Origin: Fervidobacterium sp.
Lineage (GTDB): Bacteria > Thermotogota > Thermotogae > Thermotogales > Fervidobacteriaceae
NCBI GenBank assembly: GCA_049970055.1
Contig: JBMFNR010000003.1
Coordinates: 128,001 to 192,000, forward strand
DNA: 64,000 nt
Direction: 5' to 3'
Positions 1-9,814 of the stretch are shown here, piece after piece. The notes below the pieces were generated by a model that worked only from the letters and a program-made list of their open reading frames with translations, made no database searches and was not told the origin of the DNA. Numbering within the stretch: position 1 is the first letter of the stretch; each line of letters starts with the position of its first letter. The translations under genes were made by a program, and so were the position numbers.

Positions 1-488
1 TCACCAGCTAAAGCAAGAGGCAGTGAAATTTCAGAAATAATCGCGCTGATCATGTCAACAACTAAATCAGGTGGATCAGGATTTATGTAAAGATTCGTAA
101 AACCTGCCAATGCCGTAACGTACGAACCGCACATTATGTTTCCAATTTCTTTGAGCATCGAAGAACTAAATTCGTCAAGCTCGGTTACATTACTTATCTC
201 CATTCCAGTTAACGCTTTTGCAATAATTTTTACCGCTCTTGGTTCGAATAGAAGAATGATTTCACCAGTCATGTCTTCTCTAAGGGTCATTTTTATGGCA
301 GCTACTGTTTCTTCTGGCTTTTCAAAAAGGAATGGTATTTTCGATATCGGAATTATCTTCACTTGTGGGACGGAAATATCCACTTTTTTGTCAAGCATCA
401 TAGAAAGAGCTGTTGCTGCATTACCTGTTCCTATATTTCCCACCTCTTTTATAGCGTCCAACTGGGTTTCGGTGAGCTTCTCAAGCAT
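1..488 (-). CDS. cheC: Chemotaxis phosphatase CheC (3' end runs off the window)
   Basis: Manual translation from ATG at 488: MLEKLTETQLDAIKEVGNIGTGNAATALSMMLDKKVDISVP..., with the CheC ExxN motif; a second copy (LKEIGNIMCG) follows; SD GGGAGG upstream. Missing from the ORF track because it is truncated. Confidence 0.9.
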   Translation of the reverse strand, partial: MLEKLTETQLDAIKEVGNIGTGNAATALSMMLDKKVDISVPQVKIIPISKIPFLFEKPEETVAAIKMTLREDMTGEIILLFEPRAVKIIAKALTGMEISNVTELDEFSSSMLKEIGNIMCGSYVTALAGFTNLYINPDPPDLVVDMISAIISEISLPLALAG

Positions 489-517
489 TCGTATAATCCT
501 CCCTTCTAAAATCTAGA

Positions 518-1201
518 CTATTTTTTGATAGAACTTTGTATATTCCTTTGTTTGAGTTCCTGCTGGAATATAAATTTTACGAGATTCTTCTCAACATTAG
601 TTTGTACATCCAAAAACTGTATGCCGTACATGTAATAATCGTCAATTTTACCATCTTCTCTAACAATCCTTGACTTTTGTTTTTCCAGCGAAAAATCCTC
701 CGTAAGTTTCAAGTCAATATAGATTATATCACCTAATTTCAAAAGTTTTTTCGTAGCAATCAGAAGTCCACCTGCACTTATATTTTTCGTTGTGAAAGGA
801 TATGATTCGGCATCAGGCTCATTGGAGATATAGAATCGGCCATCGAGGAATAATGGTACTCTAACGAATTTTCTTCTCTCGGTCTTTCTGATAACTTCTG
901 GGAAAGGTGCAGGTATCGAATAAATGTTATCTTTCTTTGTGACACCCAATGAAACAGTTTGAAACTCATAAACTGATGATCTATCAAAAACATTGATAGT
1001 CATCCTTACGCCTTTTGGTATCGGAACAAATTTCCCTTTTAACGATGGTATCGACAGAAAAATGATATTTTTATCCAAATCTATATCAATTACGTTGCTT
1101 TTGTAAACTCCCTCGAGCTCTTTAACAAGAGATATTATTATTTGAGCGGGTAGTCCTATTCTTAAAGCTTTAGATGCATCGACAAGCTCCACATAAGGCA
1201 T
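518..1201 (-). CDS. Flagellar brake-like protein, YcgR-type N domain plus PilZ domain
   Basis: RxxxR (ERRKFVR) and NxSxxG (NISAGG) PilZ motifs; lies in the flagellar operon. Confidence 0.85.
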   Translation of the reverse strand: MPYVELVDASKALRIGLPAQIIISLVKELEGVYKSNVIDIDLDKNIIFLSIPSLKGKFVPIPKGVRMTINVFDRSSVYEFQTVSLGVTKKDNIYSIPAPFPEVIRKTERRKFVRVPLFLDGRFYISNEPDAESYPFTTKNISAGGLLIATKKLLKLGDIIYIDLKLTEDFSLEKQKSRIVREDGKIDDYYMYGIQFLDVQTNVEKNLVKFIFQQELKQRNIQSSIKK

Positions 1202-1755
1202 TACAACAACTCCCCTATACGTGAATACTTTTTGTAAAGTTCAGTCCAGGTTTCTGAAGCATTTTCGATGTATATTCCACACCTGTAACATTCTTCTTCC
1301 TCCACGAACCACATAACTTTTCCTGATTCATTGTTATTGTTTACAAAAAGATTTATAATCTCATTAAACTTCGGCTTGTATTCGGACAAAATTTGACATC
1401 CGTTTTCCGAAATATCCGTTATGACTCCTTTGAAATTATCGAAGATTACGCAACTTTCAAAAGCAACGTACCTAGGTTTAGCACGTCTCTGTAATATACC
1501 AGCTTTTTCAAGTGCGGTATAAACATAAGTATTTTTATCTTCTTCTTTACTTAATTTACCAATGAATGTTACAATATAACCTTCTATGGGCAAATCGATT
1601 CTTAAAACTTCTGGAATATATGAAGGTTTTAGAAAAGAGATGTATATGTTTTTGCCTTTAAGCTTCTTCATTCTAATAGCCAATTGACCATCTTTAGCGA
1701 AACCACGTAGGACAGCATCAGTTAGATTTGCATTAATGTACTCTTCTATCGTCAT
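1201..1755 (-). CDS. PilZ domain protein
   Basis: QRRAKPRY and DISENG motifs; abuts the neighbouring genes. Confidence 0.8.
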   Translation of the reverse strand: MTIEEYINANLTDAVLRGFAKDGQLAIRMKKLKGKNIYISFLKPSYIPEVLRIDLPIEGYIVTFIGKLSKEEDKNTYVYTALEKAGILQRRAKPRYVAFESCVIFDNFKGVITDISENGCQILSEYKPKFNEIINLFVNNNNESGKVMWFVEEEECYRCGIYIENASETWTELYKKYSRIGELL

Positions 1756-1756
1756 T

Positions 1757-2587
1757 TCAATTCCCCCTAAAAAGCCTTACAAATTTTTCAAGTAAGTTCT
1801 CACGTAATTTAGAATTTTGTTTCATCTTAAGGATATTCGATGCAATCCTCATTATGGAAAATGTTGGCTGAATATTTCGGTACTTTTTTACAAATAGTTC
1901 CCTTTGATAAACACTTTTAATAACTAACGGATGGTCTTTTACTATAGTTACTGATGAAATATTGCTATTGATGAATTTCTCCGTGACTCCTATAAATCTT
2001 TCTAAGAGTTTTGTTGCCTCTTTAACGTCTTGTACCATATTTGCCACCACATGAATATTTTCTCCCATGATGCCTTTAACGCTTAGGAGTTTAATCATGG
2101 TGTACGTGTTCACTATCGATGTTGGTTCAATAGTTGTTAAAACAACGAAATCTTCAACTAGTGCAAAAAAAGGCATGTAGTTTTCCGAAAATCCGGGAGG
2201 CATATCCATAACGACGACATCGTAATCATCTAGAAGTCTTAGGAAGTGTGTTGCAAAGTCTCTCAATACGATCTCATTCGTTGTAACAATATCAGTGACA
2301 TCACCGCCAAGCGACAGTAAGTCGACACCATAGATTGTGGAATTTACCAAGTCATCTATTGAGCATTTGTGATTAACAAAATCTTTCAATGTGTACTTTG
2401 GGTAAGCCCCAAGTAAAATATCGGCATTTGTAAACCCAACATCTGCATCCAACAGTAGTATTTTTTTCGCATACTCTGACAACAAGGCGGAGAGATTAGT
2501 TGCAATTAGTGTTTTTCCAACACCGCCTTTTCCACTGATCACAGCTACGACTTGACAATTCTTAAGATTTTTAGCTTGATCTTGCAT
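1757..2587 (-). CDS. flhG: MinD/ParA-family ATPase FlhG (FleN)
   Basis: MQDQA N-terminus, deviant Walker A SGKGGVGKT, DADVG motif; directly downstream of flhF. Confidence 0.9.
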   Translation of the reverse strand: MQDQAKNLKNCQVVAVISGKGGVGKTLIATNLSALLSEYAKKILLLDADVGFTNADILLGAYPKYTLKDFVNHKCSIDDLVNSTIYGVDLLSLGGDVTDIVTTNEIVLRDFATHFLRLLDDYDVVVMDMPPGFSENYMPFFALVEDFVVLTTIEPTSIVNTYTMIKLLSVKGIMGENIHVVANMVQDVKEATKLLERFIGVTEKFINSNISSVTIVKDHPLVIKSVYQRELFVKKYRNIQPTFSIMRIASNILKMKQNSKLRENLLEKFVRLFRGN

Positions 2588-3689
2588 ACCTTAACACCTC
2601 TCGTGATAGCAAAACGGCAAGTTCTCTGCTGTTGGCTTCAAATATGTCATCTGGCACTCTTTGTCCATTTGTTATGAAAGCTATCGGGGTTTTCAAAAAC
2701 GAAGGTACATTAACAAAATGTCCAAGTGCCGATGTTTCGTCCATCTTTGAGAGAATCACATGAGTTGGTGAAATTACAGAAAATTTTGAAAGTACTTCTT
2801 TAACATCGTCGTTTCTATATTGCATACCTATAACTAATAATGTAAATTCTGGAGCTATAACCTCAGACATGGCTTTTATCTCCGCCATATGTAAGTCGTT
2901 CTTCTGACTCCTACCTGCTGTATCAATTAAAATAACATCGTAATCAGAGAGTGCATCAAGCTCAAGCTTTGCTTCTTTCGGCGTATAAGCCACCCTTATT
3001 GGTACGTCAAGGAGCATAGCATAGGTTTTCAATTGATCAACAGCTGCTATTCTGTACGTGTCAAGAGTAATTACTGCTATATTCTTCTTTTCACCAAGTT
3101 TGAGTTTCGCGGCTAGTTTTGCAAGTGTGGTTGTCTTACCCACTCCTGTTGGACCTGCAAAGAGCACGCGACCTCTCAAATCAGGTACTGATGTATTTAT
3201 AAATGGGAGAAACATTTCAGACAAAATTAAACGCGTATTTTCATTTGAAAAGTCCAACTCATTATATTTCACTTTTGAGTACTCTACAATTTTCTCTATT
3301 ATTTCTTCATCGATGTCTTGCTTTTCAAGTGCCTTTCTAAATTCCTGAACCCACCGTGGTTCATTCGACCTTTGTGACGAAATCATCGACTTCAGCTCGA
3401 CCATCATTTTCTTTAACTCACTAAACTCTTCAGTGTTTTGGGAAATGTTTGATTTATTCTTGGAAAGTATCTCTTGAAGCTTGTAAATCTGACCTTTTTC
3501 TTCACTCTGCTGCTCTTTTTTATCTGTTACTGCAGCTGTAACTTCGATGTACGTTTTGGCACCAATACCAAGGAATCCTCCTTTTTTTACCTTCCTTGTA
3601 CTCAGAATTATTGCATCTTTTCCCAGTTCCATCCTTATTTTTTCGAACGCTTCTTTTATATCCGTAACAACATATTTTTTTACAATCAT
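2571..3689 (-). CDS. flhF: Flagellar biosynthesis SRP-family GTPase FlhF
   Basis: N-terminal [39 protein letters not shown] and NGQRVPDD motifs. Confidence 0.95.
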   Translation of the reverse strand: MIVKKYVVTDIKEAFEKIRMELGKDAIILSTRKVKKGGFLGIGAKTYIEVTAAVTDKKEQQSEEKGQIYKLQEILSKNKSNISQNTEEFSELKKMMVELKSMISSQRSNEPRWVQEFRKALEKQDIDEEIIEKIVEYSKVKYNELDFSNENTRLILSEMFLPFINTSVPDLRGRVLFAGPTGVGKTTTLAKLAAKLKLGEKKNIAVITLDTYRIAAVDQLKTYAMLLDVPIRVAYTPKEAKLELDALSDYDVILIDTAGRSQKNDLHMAEIKAMSEVIAPEFTLLVIGMQYRNDDVKEVLSKFSVISPTHVILSKMDETSALGHFVNVPSFLKTPIAFITNGQRVPDDIFEANSRELAVLLSREVLRYARSS

Positions 3690-5746
3690 AGCCTTACCAC
3701 ACCCTCTATTGAAAGATTGACGTCTTCCGGAATCTCTTCAAAAGATATAACCACTATTCCTGGAATAAAGCGTGTAATCATCCTTGAAAGGTATGGTCTT
3801 ATAAGACCTGAGACGACCAATGTTGGTGAGTATCCTTTACGCATAACTTTCTCTAATTCCGAAGATATTCTTTCGATCAATTCTCTGAGAATCTGTGGAT
3901 TCATACTTATGTACTTCCCTTCCTCGCCTTCAGCTATTGACTCTGTTAAACTTTTTTCCAAATCAGAGTCAAGAGCAACCGCGTGTATCTGTTTCTCTGA
4001 AGTCAACAATTTTGCCACAATCTGCCTTTTTAGACCTCTCCGAACATATTCCGTAAGTGTTTCTATATCCCTTGCCTTATCAGCATTATCAAGTATTAGT
4101 TCGAATATATACGGTAAATTCCTTATTGAAACACCTTCTCGAAGAAGTTCTTGAAGCACTTTTTTAACGGCCGAGGGTTTTATGACATTGAATACATCGT
4201 CGACCAATTTATCAAATTTGTTTCTTAAGCCGTCAACAAGTAATTGAAACTCTCTATTACCCAGTAATTCTGGAGCAAACCGTCTAAGAATTTCAGTCAC
4301 ATGTGTTGCAAACACAGTTGGTGGATCAACTACTGTGTATCCTTTTTGCGTAGCTTCTTCTTTCTTAGTTTCATCTATCCAAAAAGCCTGAAGCCCGAAT
4401 GCAGGTTCTCTGACCTCTATACCAGCTATTTTGTCACTTACAAATCCAGGGTTTATTGCGAGTAACCTGTTTGGGATTAACTCGTACCGCGCAACTTCAG
4501 CACTTCTAATGAACACAGCATATTCATTTGGTTTGAGTATCACACTGTCTCTAACTCTTATGGGTGAAAGCACTAAGCCTAACTCTTGAGCGAGTTGTCG
4601 TCTTATCATTGTAAGTCTTTCAAGCATATCGCCACCTTGTGACAAATCAGCAAGTGGTAACAGACCATAACCTATGTTAATCTCAACAGTATCGGATTGG
4701 ATTACCTCTGATACCTCTTCAGGTGTTGACAAAATAGGACCGCTAGGCATGGTTGGTGCACCTGACACACCCTGTGTACCCTCACCCGCACCAATTGATT
4801 GTGGTTGCAATAACTCATCTGCTTTTATCAGTAATCCTATCAAAAAAAACAATCCGCCGATTAAAAGGCTTGTAAAAGTAGGAAGTGGAGTAAGTATTCC
4901 AAGAATCATTATAACAACCCCCGTAAGTATTATAACCCTTTTTTCACCGGAAAGTTCTCTTATAAGTTCCGAACCCAGGTTATCCTCTGTGGCACTCCTG
5001 GAAACGAGTATACCGGTTGCTGTTGAAACCATCAAAGCCGGTAACTGGCTTACAAGTCCATCACCAACAGTATAAAGCAGAAAAGCTTTAGCGGCATCAG
5101 CTATTCCCATACTATGCATAAGTACTCCGATCAATATACCACCCAAGCTATTAACAATTGTAATAATGATACTTGCTATAGCATCTCCCCTGACAAATTT
5201 CGAAGCACCATCCATTGCACCATAAAAATCGGCTTCTCTTCTTATATTTTCTCTTCTACGACGTGCCTCTTCTTCCGTTATAAGCCCAGCGTTTAAATCA
5301 GCATCGACGCTCATTTGCTTACCAGGCATTGCATCCAGTGTAAATCGCGCTGCAACTTCTGCAATTCTTTCCGATCCACGGGTTATTACAATGAATTGTA
5401 TAATAACAAGAATTAAAAACACCACTATACCGACAACGTAATTACCACCAACAACGAAGTTTCCGAACGTTAATATGACTTTACCATTGAATTTTGGTCC
5501 TTGAAGTAATATGGACCTTGTCGATGCAACATTAAGTGCCAGTCGAAATATGGTAACAATTAACAACATGGTCGGAAAAGAAGCGAGTTCAAGAGTGTTT
5601 CTAATGTACATGGTTGAGAATAACAACACAAGCGAGATGGATATATTCAACAGTTGAAAAAAATCAAGCAAAAAATTTGGTATGGGGATAATCATTAAAA
5701 ATACTATCGCTACAATTAAAAGTGCAACTGCAACATCAGACTTCAT
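3686..5746 (-). CDS. flhA: Flagellar export gate protein FlhA
   Basis: FHIPEP signature RIAEVAARFTLDAMPGKQMSVDADL and FYGAMDGASKFVRGD. Confidence 0.97.
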   Translation of the reverse strand: MKSDVAVALLIVAIVFLMIIPIPNFLLDFFQLLNISISLVLLFSTMYIRNTLELASFPTMLLIVTIFRLALNVASTRSILLQGPKFNGKVILTFGNFVVGGNYVVGIVVFLILVIIQFIVITRGSERIAEVAARFTLDAMPGKQMSVDADLNAGLITEEEARRRRENIRREADFYGAMDGASKFVRGDAIASIIITIVNSLGGILIGVLMHSMGIADAAKAFLLYTVGDGLVSQLPALMVSTATGILVSRSATEDNLGSELIRELSGEKRVIILTGVVIMILGILTPLPTFTSLLIGGLFFLIGLLIKADELLQPQSIGAGEGTQGVSGAPTMPSGPILSTPEEVSEVIQSDTVEINIGYGLLPLADLSQGGDMLERLTMIRRQLAQELGLVLSPIRVRDSVILKPNEYAVFIRSAEVARYELIPNRLLAINPGFVSDKIAGIEVREPAFGLQAFWIDETKKEEATQKGYTVVDPPTVFATHVTEILRRFAPELLGNREFQLLVDGLRNKFDKLVDDVFNVIKPSAVKKVLQELLREGVSIRNLPYIFELILDNADKARDIETLTEYVRRGLKRQIVAKLLTSEKQIHAVALDSDLEKSLTESIAEGEEGKYISMNPQILRELIERISSELEKVMRKGYSPTLVVSGLIRPYLSRMITRFIPGIVVISFEEIPEDVNLSIEGVVRL

Positions 5747-5886
5747 CTACTCACCTCAACGCCTTGATAATTTTCGAAAAAATTTCAAAAAAATTTTTTG
5801 AACGTTTTCTCGGTATATATTGTCTAAATATGTGGAACGTAATAAAATAAAGGTAATTCACTCAACGGATGTATGGTAAGAAGAAG

Positions 5887-5915
5887 TTAACACAATTGTT
5901 TTGGGATATTATAAT
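5887..5915 (+). promoter_or_regulatory. Sigma70-like promoter pointing into the flhA-mnmE intergenic region
   Basis: TTAACA(5887-5892)-N17-TATAAT(5910-5915); a second extended -10, TGnTAAAAT, at 5945-5953. Confidence 0.45.
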
Positions 5916-5921
5916 TTAAAG

Positions 5922-6029
5922 TGCTAACAATTTAACAAAAGACATGTTAAAATCCTTTAAGAGAACCCCCTATCCCCCTTGAGATACACCCCCCACGGCT
6001 TTATGCGGGCCAAAAAGCCCGCTTTTTTT
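5922..6029 (+). ncRNA. Candidate C-rich small RNA (5' end uncertain, about 5922 or about 5960)
   Basis: Plus-strand promoter, three C5-C6 tracts and a hairpin with a T7 tail, while both flanking genes are on the minus strand. Confidence 0.35.
6005..6029 (+). terminator. Intrinsic terminator hairpin, T-tract on the + strand
   Basis: GCGGGC-CAAAAA-GCCCGC-TTTTTTT. Confidence 0.7.
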
Positions 6030-7386
6030 ATTTTCCTACGCAGAAGTTTGAAAATATATTATTGAGTAAATCTTCATTGAAATTATACCCTGTCAATTCA
6101 TCCAATTTGCTTAAAGCATTTCTAATATCGATAGAAGCTAAATCCATTGGAAGTCCACTTTTTAAAGAATTTATAGATTTATCAACATAGTATTTAACTT
6201 GTTTCATATATTCAAGTTGCCTTCTTGAGGTTATGTGTGATAATTCACTATCTTCGATAAGTGGTTTTGCAAGTTCAATTATTCTTTTTTCGAGTTCTTT
6301 AATACCTTCACCACTTTGTGCGCTTATGAATACGTCTTTACCGAATGATTTAATATTTTTGCCTATATCCACCTTATTCCATACATACAATATGTTTCCA
6401 TTTTTGATAAGGTTATGTATGTATTCGTCTGCTTCAGTATAACCAGTTGTAGCGTCAAGCAAGAAAAGTACAATATCAGATCTTTGAGCTTCTTTTAAAG
6501 CTTTTTCGATACCAATTTTTTCAACCATATCTTGGGTTTCCCTTATACCTGCGGTATCGGATATCACAAAATGTATACCCTGAATCTTAATTTCGCCCTT
6601 TATTACATCTCGAGTTGTTCCTGGTACATCAGTTACAATTGCTCTATCTTCAACTAATAATTTGTTTAGTAATGTGCTTTTGCCAACGTTTGGTTTTCCT
6701 ACAATTACTATTGTTACTCCCGTAGAGATGTGGAGACCTTTGTCTGCATGTTTGAGCTTTTCACATAAGTAGGTATGAATTTTCTCAAGGTCTTGGAGAA
6801 TTTCCTGTGAAGGTATATCTACATCGTCTCCATAGTCTATTGATACTTCTATTTTGGATAAAACATCTAACAATTGTGAACGAATCGCACTAATTTCATG
6901 TGAAAGTCTACCTTTGAGGTTATCTAAAGCAAGCTTTAAGCTCTTCTCACTCTTTGCTTCTATAATTTGAAGGATTGCTTCAGCTTTTATTAGATCTATC
7001 TTACCATTCAGAAACGCTCGCCTTGTGAATTCACCATTTTCTGCAAGCCTTGCTCCGCTTCGAATTAGTGAATCAATTATCTTAGAACTCACTAAAATAC
7101 CACCGTGACAATATATTTCTACCATGTCTTCTCCTGTGTAACTCTTTGGTGATCTAAAATAAACAAACATAACTTCATCAATAAGTCCTCCATCAGTGTC
7201 AAAAAAATTTCCATAATACATCCTTCTTTCTTGAATGTCAGAGAGATCGATATGAAGTTTTATATGCTTTTTTAAAATTTCAAATGACTGACTACCACTC
7301 ATCCTTACAACTGCTATAGCACCTTTTCCATACGGTGTAGACAGTGCTACTATCGAGTCTTTTTTACTTTCACTATATAGACGCAA
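6028..7386 (-). CDS. mnmE: tRNA uridine-34 modification GTPase MnmE (TrmE)
   Basis: SPKSYTGEDMVEIYCHGG, GEFTRRAFLNGKIDL, GKPNVGKS, DTAGIR and C-terminal FCVGK; start placed at TTG 7386 behind SD GAGGTG. Confidence 0.97.
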   Translation of the reverse strand: MRLYSESKKDSIVALSTPYGKGAIAVVRMSGSQSFEILKKHIKLHIDLSDIQERRMYYGNFFDTDGGLIDEVMFVYFRSPKSYTGEDMVEIYCHGGILVSSKIIDSLIRSGARLAENGEFTRRAFLNGKIDLIKAEAILQIIEAKSEKSLKLALDNLKGRLSHEISAIRSQLLDVLSKIEVSIDYGDDVDIPSQEILQDLEKIHTYLCEKLKHADKGLHISTGVTIVIVGKPNVGKSTLLNKLLVEDRAIVTDVPGTTRDVIKGEIKIQGIHFVISDTAGIRETQDMVEKIGIEKALKEAQRSDIVLFLLDATTGYTEADEYIHNLIKNGNILYVWNKVDIGKNIKSFGKDVFISAQSGEGIKELEKRIIELAKPLIEDSELSHITSRRQLEYMKQVKYYVDKSINSLKSGLPMDLASIDIRNALSKLDELTGYNFNEDLLNNIFSNFCVGK

Positions 7387-7454
7387 ATTCTCACCTCTCA
7401 ATTTTCATCTTATCACACGGAAATTATACCACAACTTTCAATTATAATAAAGAC

Positions 7455-7488
7455 GGCTCCAAGTTACATTGAAAAGTAACTTGGAGCC
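7455..7488. terminator. 13-bp inverted repeat downstream of the MCP gene, probable terminator
   Basis: GGCTCCAAGTTAC-ATTGAAAA-GTAACTTGGAGCC with T-rich flanks. Confidence 0.7.
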
Positions 7489-7506
7489 CATTTTTTGTTC
7501 AGATAA

Positions 7507-9789
7507 TTATTTAAACCAATGAGCTATGCTTTCCATCTTCAAAGCAATATCTTTTAATTTTTCCGAGCTTCTTGATATTACAACAAGTAGTGATGTTAGT
7601 TCTTCGAAATCTTTATTGAATTGTGAAAGTTCCTCAGATGATTCAGAAATCGAAAATGCTACTATATTCATTAACTGCTCAACACTTTGAAAAGCTTTTA
7701 CGTTTTCTTCAATTTGACTACCGATCTGGCTACCAACTAACCCAATGTTTTGAATCTTCTCGATTACAGTGTAATAATTAGAACTGAATTCATCTTTAGC
7801 TTTTTTCAACATGTCAAACTTTTCTCCAGATGCTAGGTACAGTTCGTCGAGTTCTCTCAAATCATTTGTATAAGTATCTACTTCCTTAACGAGGTTTTTG
7901 GAGAGATTGTTTATTTCAACTGAAAGTTTCATCACCTCATCAGCTACAACTGCAAAACCTCTCCCAGCTTCGCCTGCTCTTGCGGCTTCGATTGCAGCAT
8001 TAAGCGCAAGTAAATTAGTTTGCGAAGCAACGTTTTGAATCTTTGTAATTGCATTTTTGATAGATGAAAACTTATCTATCGTTCTTTTCACTGTCAAACT
8101 GAATTTTTCAAAAACTTCCGCATTTGATTTTACGGATTCATTCATTTCTTCAATAAGTGAAACGTTTTTGAGAATTTCAAACTGTGCTTGCTCAATTTCC
8201 CTAATTAATTCATTAAGTTCATGAGATAAACCTTCTGTACTATCTATTGATTTATTGAGAGTATTTTGAAGATTTTCGATATCGTCTTTCACCTTACCCA
8301 CGGTGTGAGTATAATCGGAAACAAAAACTTTGAACTTATGAACAGCATTATCCAATATTTCACTTGTTTTGTTTATCTGATTAACTTCAATGTTAAGTTC
8401 CTGAGAACTATTTTTCATGTCATCGGCGTAATTCTTTAAATTTTCTGACAATTTCTTGAGCGAATCAATCACATGTTGGAATTCACCTGTAGCTTTTGTG
8501 TCAACTTTAATTAATTCACCATTTGCAAATCTTTCGATGATTTCCGCAGAGCTAAGAATATCCTTTGACATTGAATTAACAAGAGGAATAGTAAATATAA
8601 TTGCTGCAATGAGTATCACAGTACCTATAAGGATATTTGTAATAACAATTTTGCTGAGGTTTAAATCTACTTTTACATCGATTTGTGGTAGTTTCATTTC
8701 AGGTAATACAAACTTTTCAGGTTCGGGAATCTCAAATTGAGCTTGAACATTTTCCATCTTAAGCGCCACTTCCAGCTTACCAACTTGGACACCAGAGATC
8801 TCAAAATCAAACTTTTTTGCAACATAGTTCTCTTTTCCAAGTGTAAACGCGAATTTATCTTCTGTTGGTTCTTCCAAACCCCTTAGCCTTTCACCCATTT
8901 CATTAACTTTTGTTGTTGCAAAAGACTTTTGGTTTACATAAATAGTAACATCCGCGTTTGTTAACCTTTTTATCTCATCCAAAAAGTTTTCATTCAGTGT
9001 GCCAAATGCAACAATGAAACCTTTCACTGTGTTTCCAAGTTGAGGGTGCATTACAGGTTGGACGGCAACCATGTATATACTATTATTCCCTGCATATACA
9101 AAAGTTTTGCTGTACGGCGTTGTTGAAGATAAAATAGCTTCAACGGTACTTTTTAGCTGTTCCGAAAAGTCAAGATTTTTGTAATTGTTTCCAACAAGTC
9201 CAGGCGCAAGTGAATACGCGTATTCTACCAGATATTTGTTTTCAATTTGATAAAACGGCCTTAATTTTAATTTTGGTTCTGAATTTTCAATTGTCCAGAG
9301 GCCAATATAATCAAAAAGCGCTCTTTCAACATAGCTATTTAACAAGCCTCTTTTTTCAGCGACCCCAAGCTTCTTGTCGTTGGCAGCATTTACAACATCT
9401 TTTGAAGATGCACTAACTTTCGCAATATTTTCAATCACTGAAATGCGCTCTTTTACTAGATTCTCAACAATATTCCTTACAGATTCAGCTTCCTTTTCGA
9501 GTGTTGATAAATAAATACTTTCAAAAGCTTTATTAACTGATTCCTTTTGTTTTTCAACAGAAGTTTTCAATTTTTCGTTGTACTGCTCTATATGATTTTG
9601 CAGTTCTTGTGAAAACGTGTCGAAGAAGTCTTTGAAAATTACCTTCGGATCTCCAATTTGTTTTTTAACGTCACTCTCAACGCGTTTGCTCTCTGACGAA
9701 ATGTTTACGAATGTAAAAATAAGTGACAAGGTTAATGGAATCGTTACCAAGGAAATCGCTAAAATAATTAATCTTGTGCGTATAGACAT
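7507..9789 (-). CDS. Methyl-accepting chemotaxis protein with a large periplasmic (Cache-like) sensor region
   Basis: Two TM segments; signalling tip [36 protein letters not shown]. Confidence 0.93.
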   Translation of the reverse strand: MSIRTRLIILAISLVTIPLTLSLIFTFVNISSESKRVESDVKKQIGDPKVIFKDFFDTFSQELQNHIEQYNEKLKTSVEKQKESVNKAFESIYLSTLEKEAESVRNIVENLVKERISVIENIAKVSASSKDVVNAANDKKLGVAEKRGLLNSYVERALFDYIGLWTIENSEPKLKLRPFYQIENKYLVEYAYSLAPGLVGNNYKNLDFSEQLKSTVEAILSSTTPYSKTFVYAGNNSIYMVAVQPVMHPQLGNTVKGFIVAFGTLNENFLDEIKRLTNADVTIYVNQKSFATTKVNEMGERLRGLEEPTEDKFAFTLGKENYVAKKFDFEISGVQVGKLEVALKMENVQAQFEIPEPEKFVLPEMKLPQIDVKVDLNLSKIVITNILIGTVILIAAIIFTIPLVNSMSKDILSSAEIIERFANGELIKVDTKATGEFQHVIDSLKKLSENLKNYADDMKNSSQELNIEVNQINKTSEILDNAVHKFKVFVSDYTHTVGKVKDDIENLQNTLNKSIDSTEGLSHELNELIREIEQAQFEILKNVSLIEEMNESVKSNAEVFEKFSLTVKRTIDKFSSIKNAITKIQNVASQTNLLALNAAIEAARAGEAGRGFAVVADEVMKLSVEINNLSKNLVKEVDTYTNDLRELDELYLASGEKFDMLKKAKDEFSSNYYTVIEKIQNIGLVGSQIGSQIEENVKAFQSVEQLMNIVAFSISESSEELSQFNKDFEELTSLLVVISRSSEKLKDIALKMESIAHWFK

Positions 9790-9814
9790 ACAAGCACACC
9801 TACCAGAAAATACC

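Noticed and set aside
136..516. 126-aa + strand ORF
   Set aside because: Antisense shadow of cheC, which is clearly recognisable on the minus strand
3058..5296. Several + strand ORFs (up to 226 aa) opposite flhF and flhA
   Set aside because: Antisense shadows with no motifs or SD; the same applies to the many ORFs opposite obgE, clpC, polA, valS and the atp genes
5785..5802. AT-only palindrome TTCAAAAAA-A-TTTTTTGAA upstream of flhA
   Set aside because: Low complexity; expected by chance in AT-rich DNA; no recognisable operator
5966..5994. G-runs on the minus strand as a G-quadruplex
   Set aside because: Only three long G tracts; the + strand promoter and terminator explain the region better
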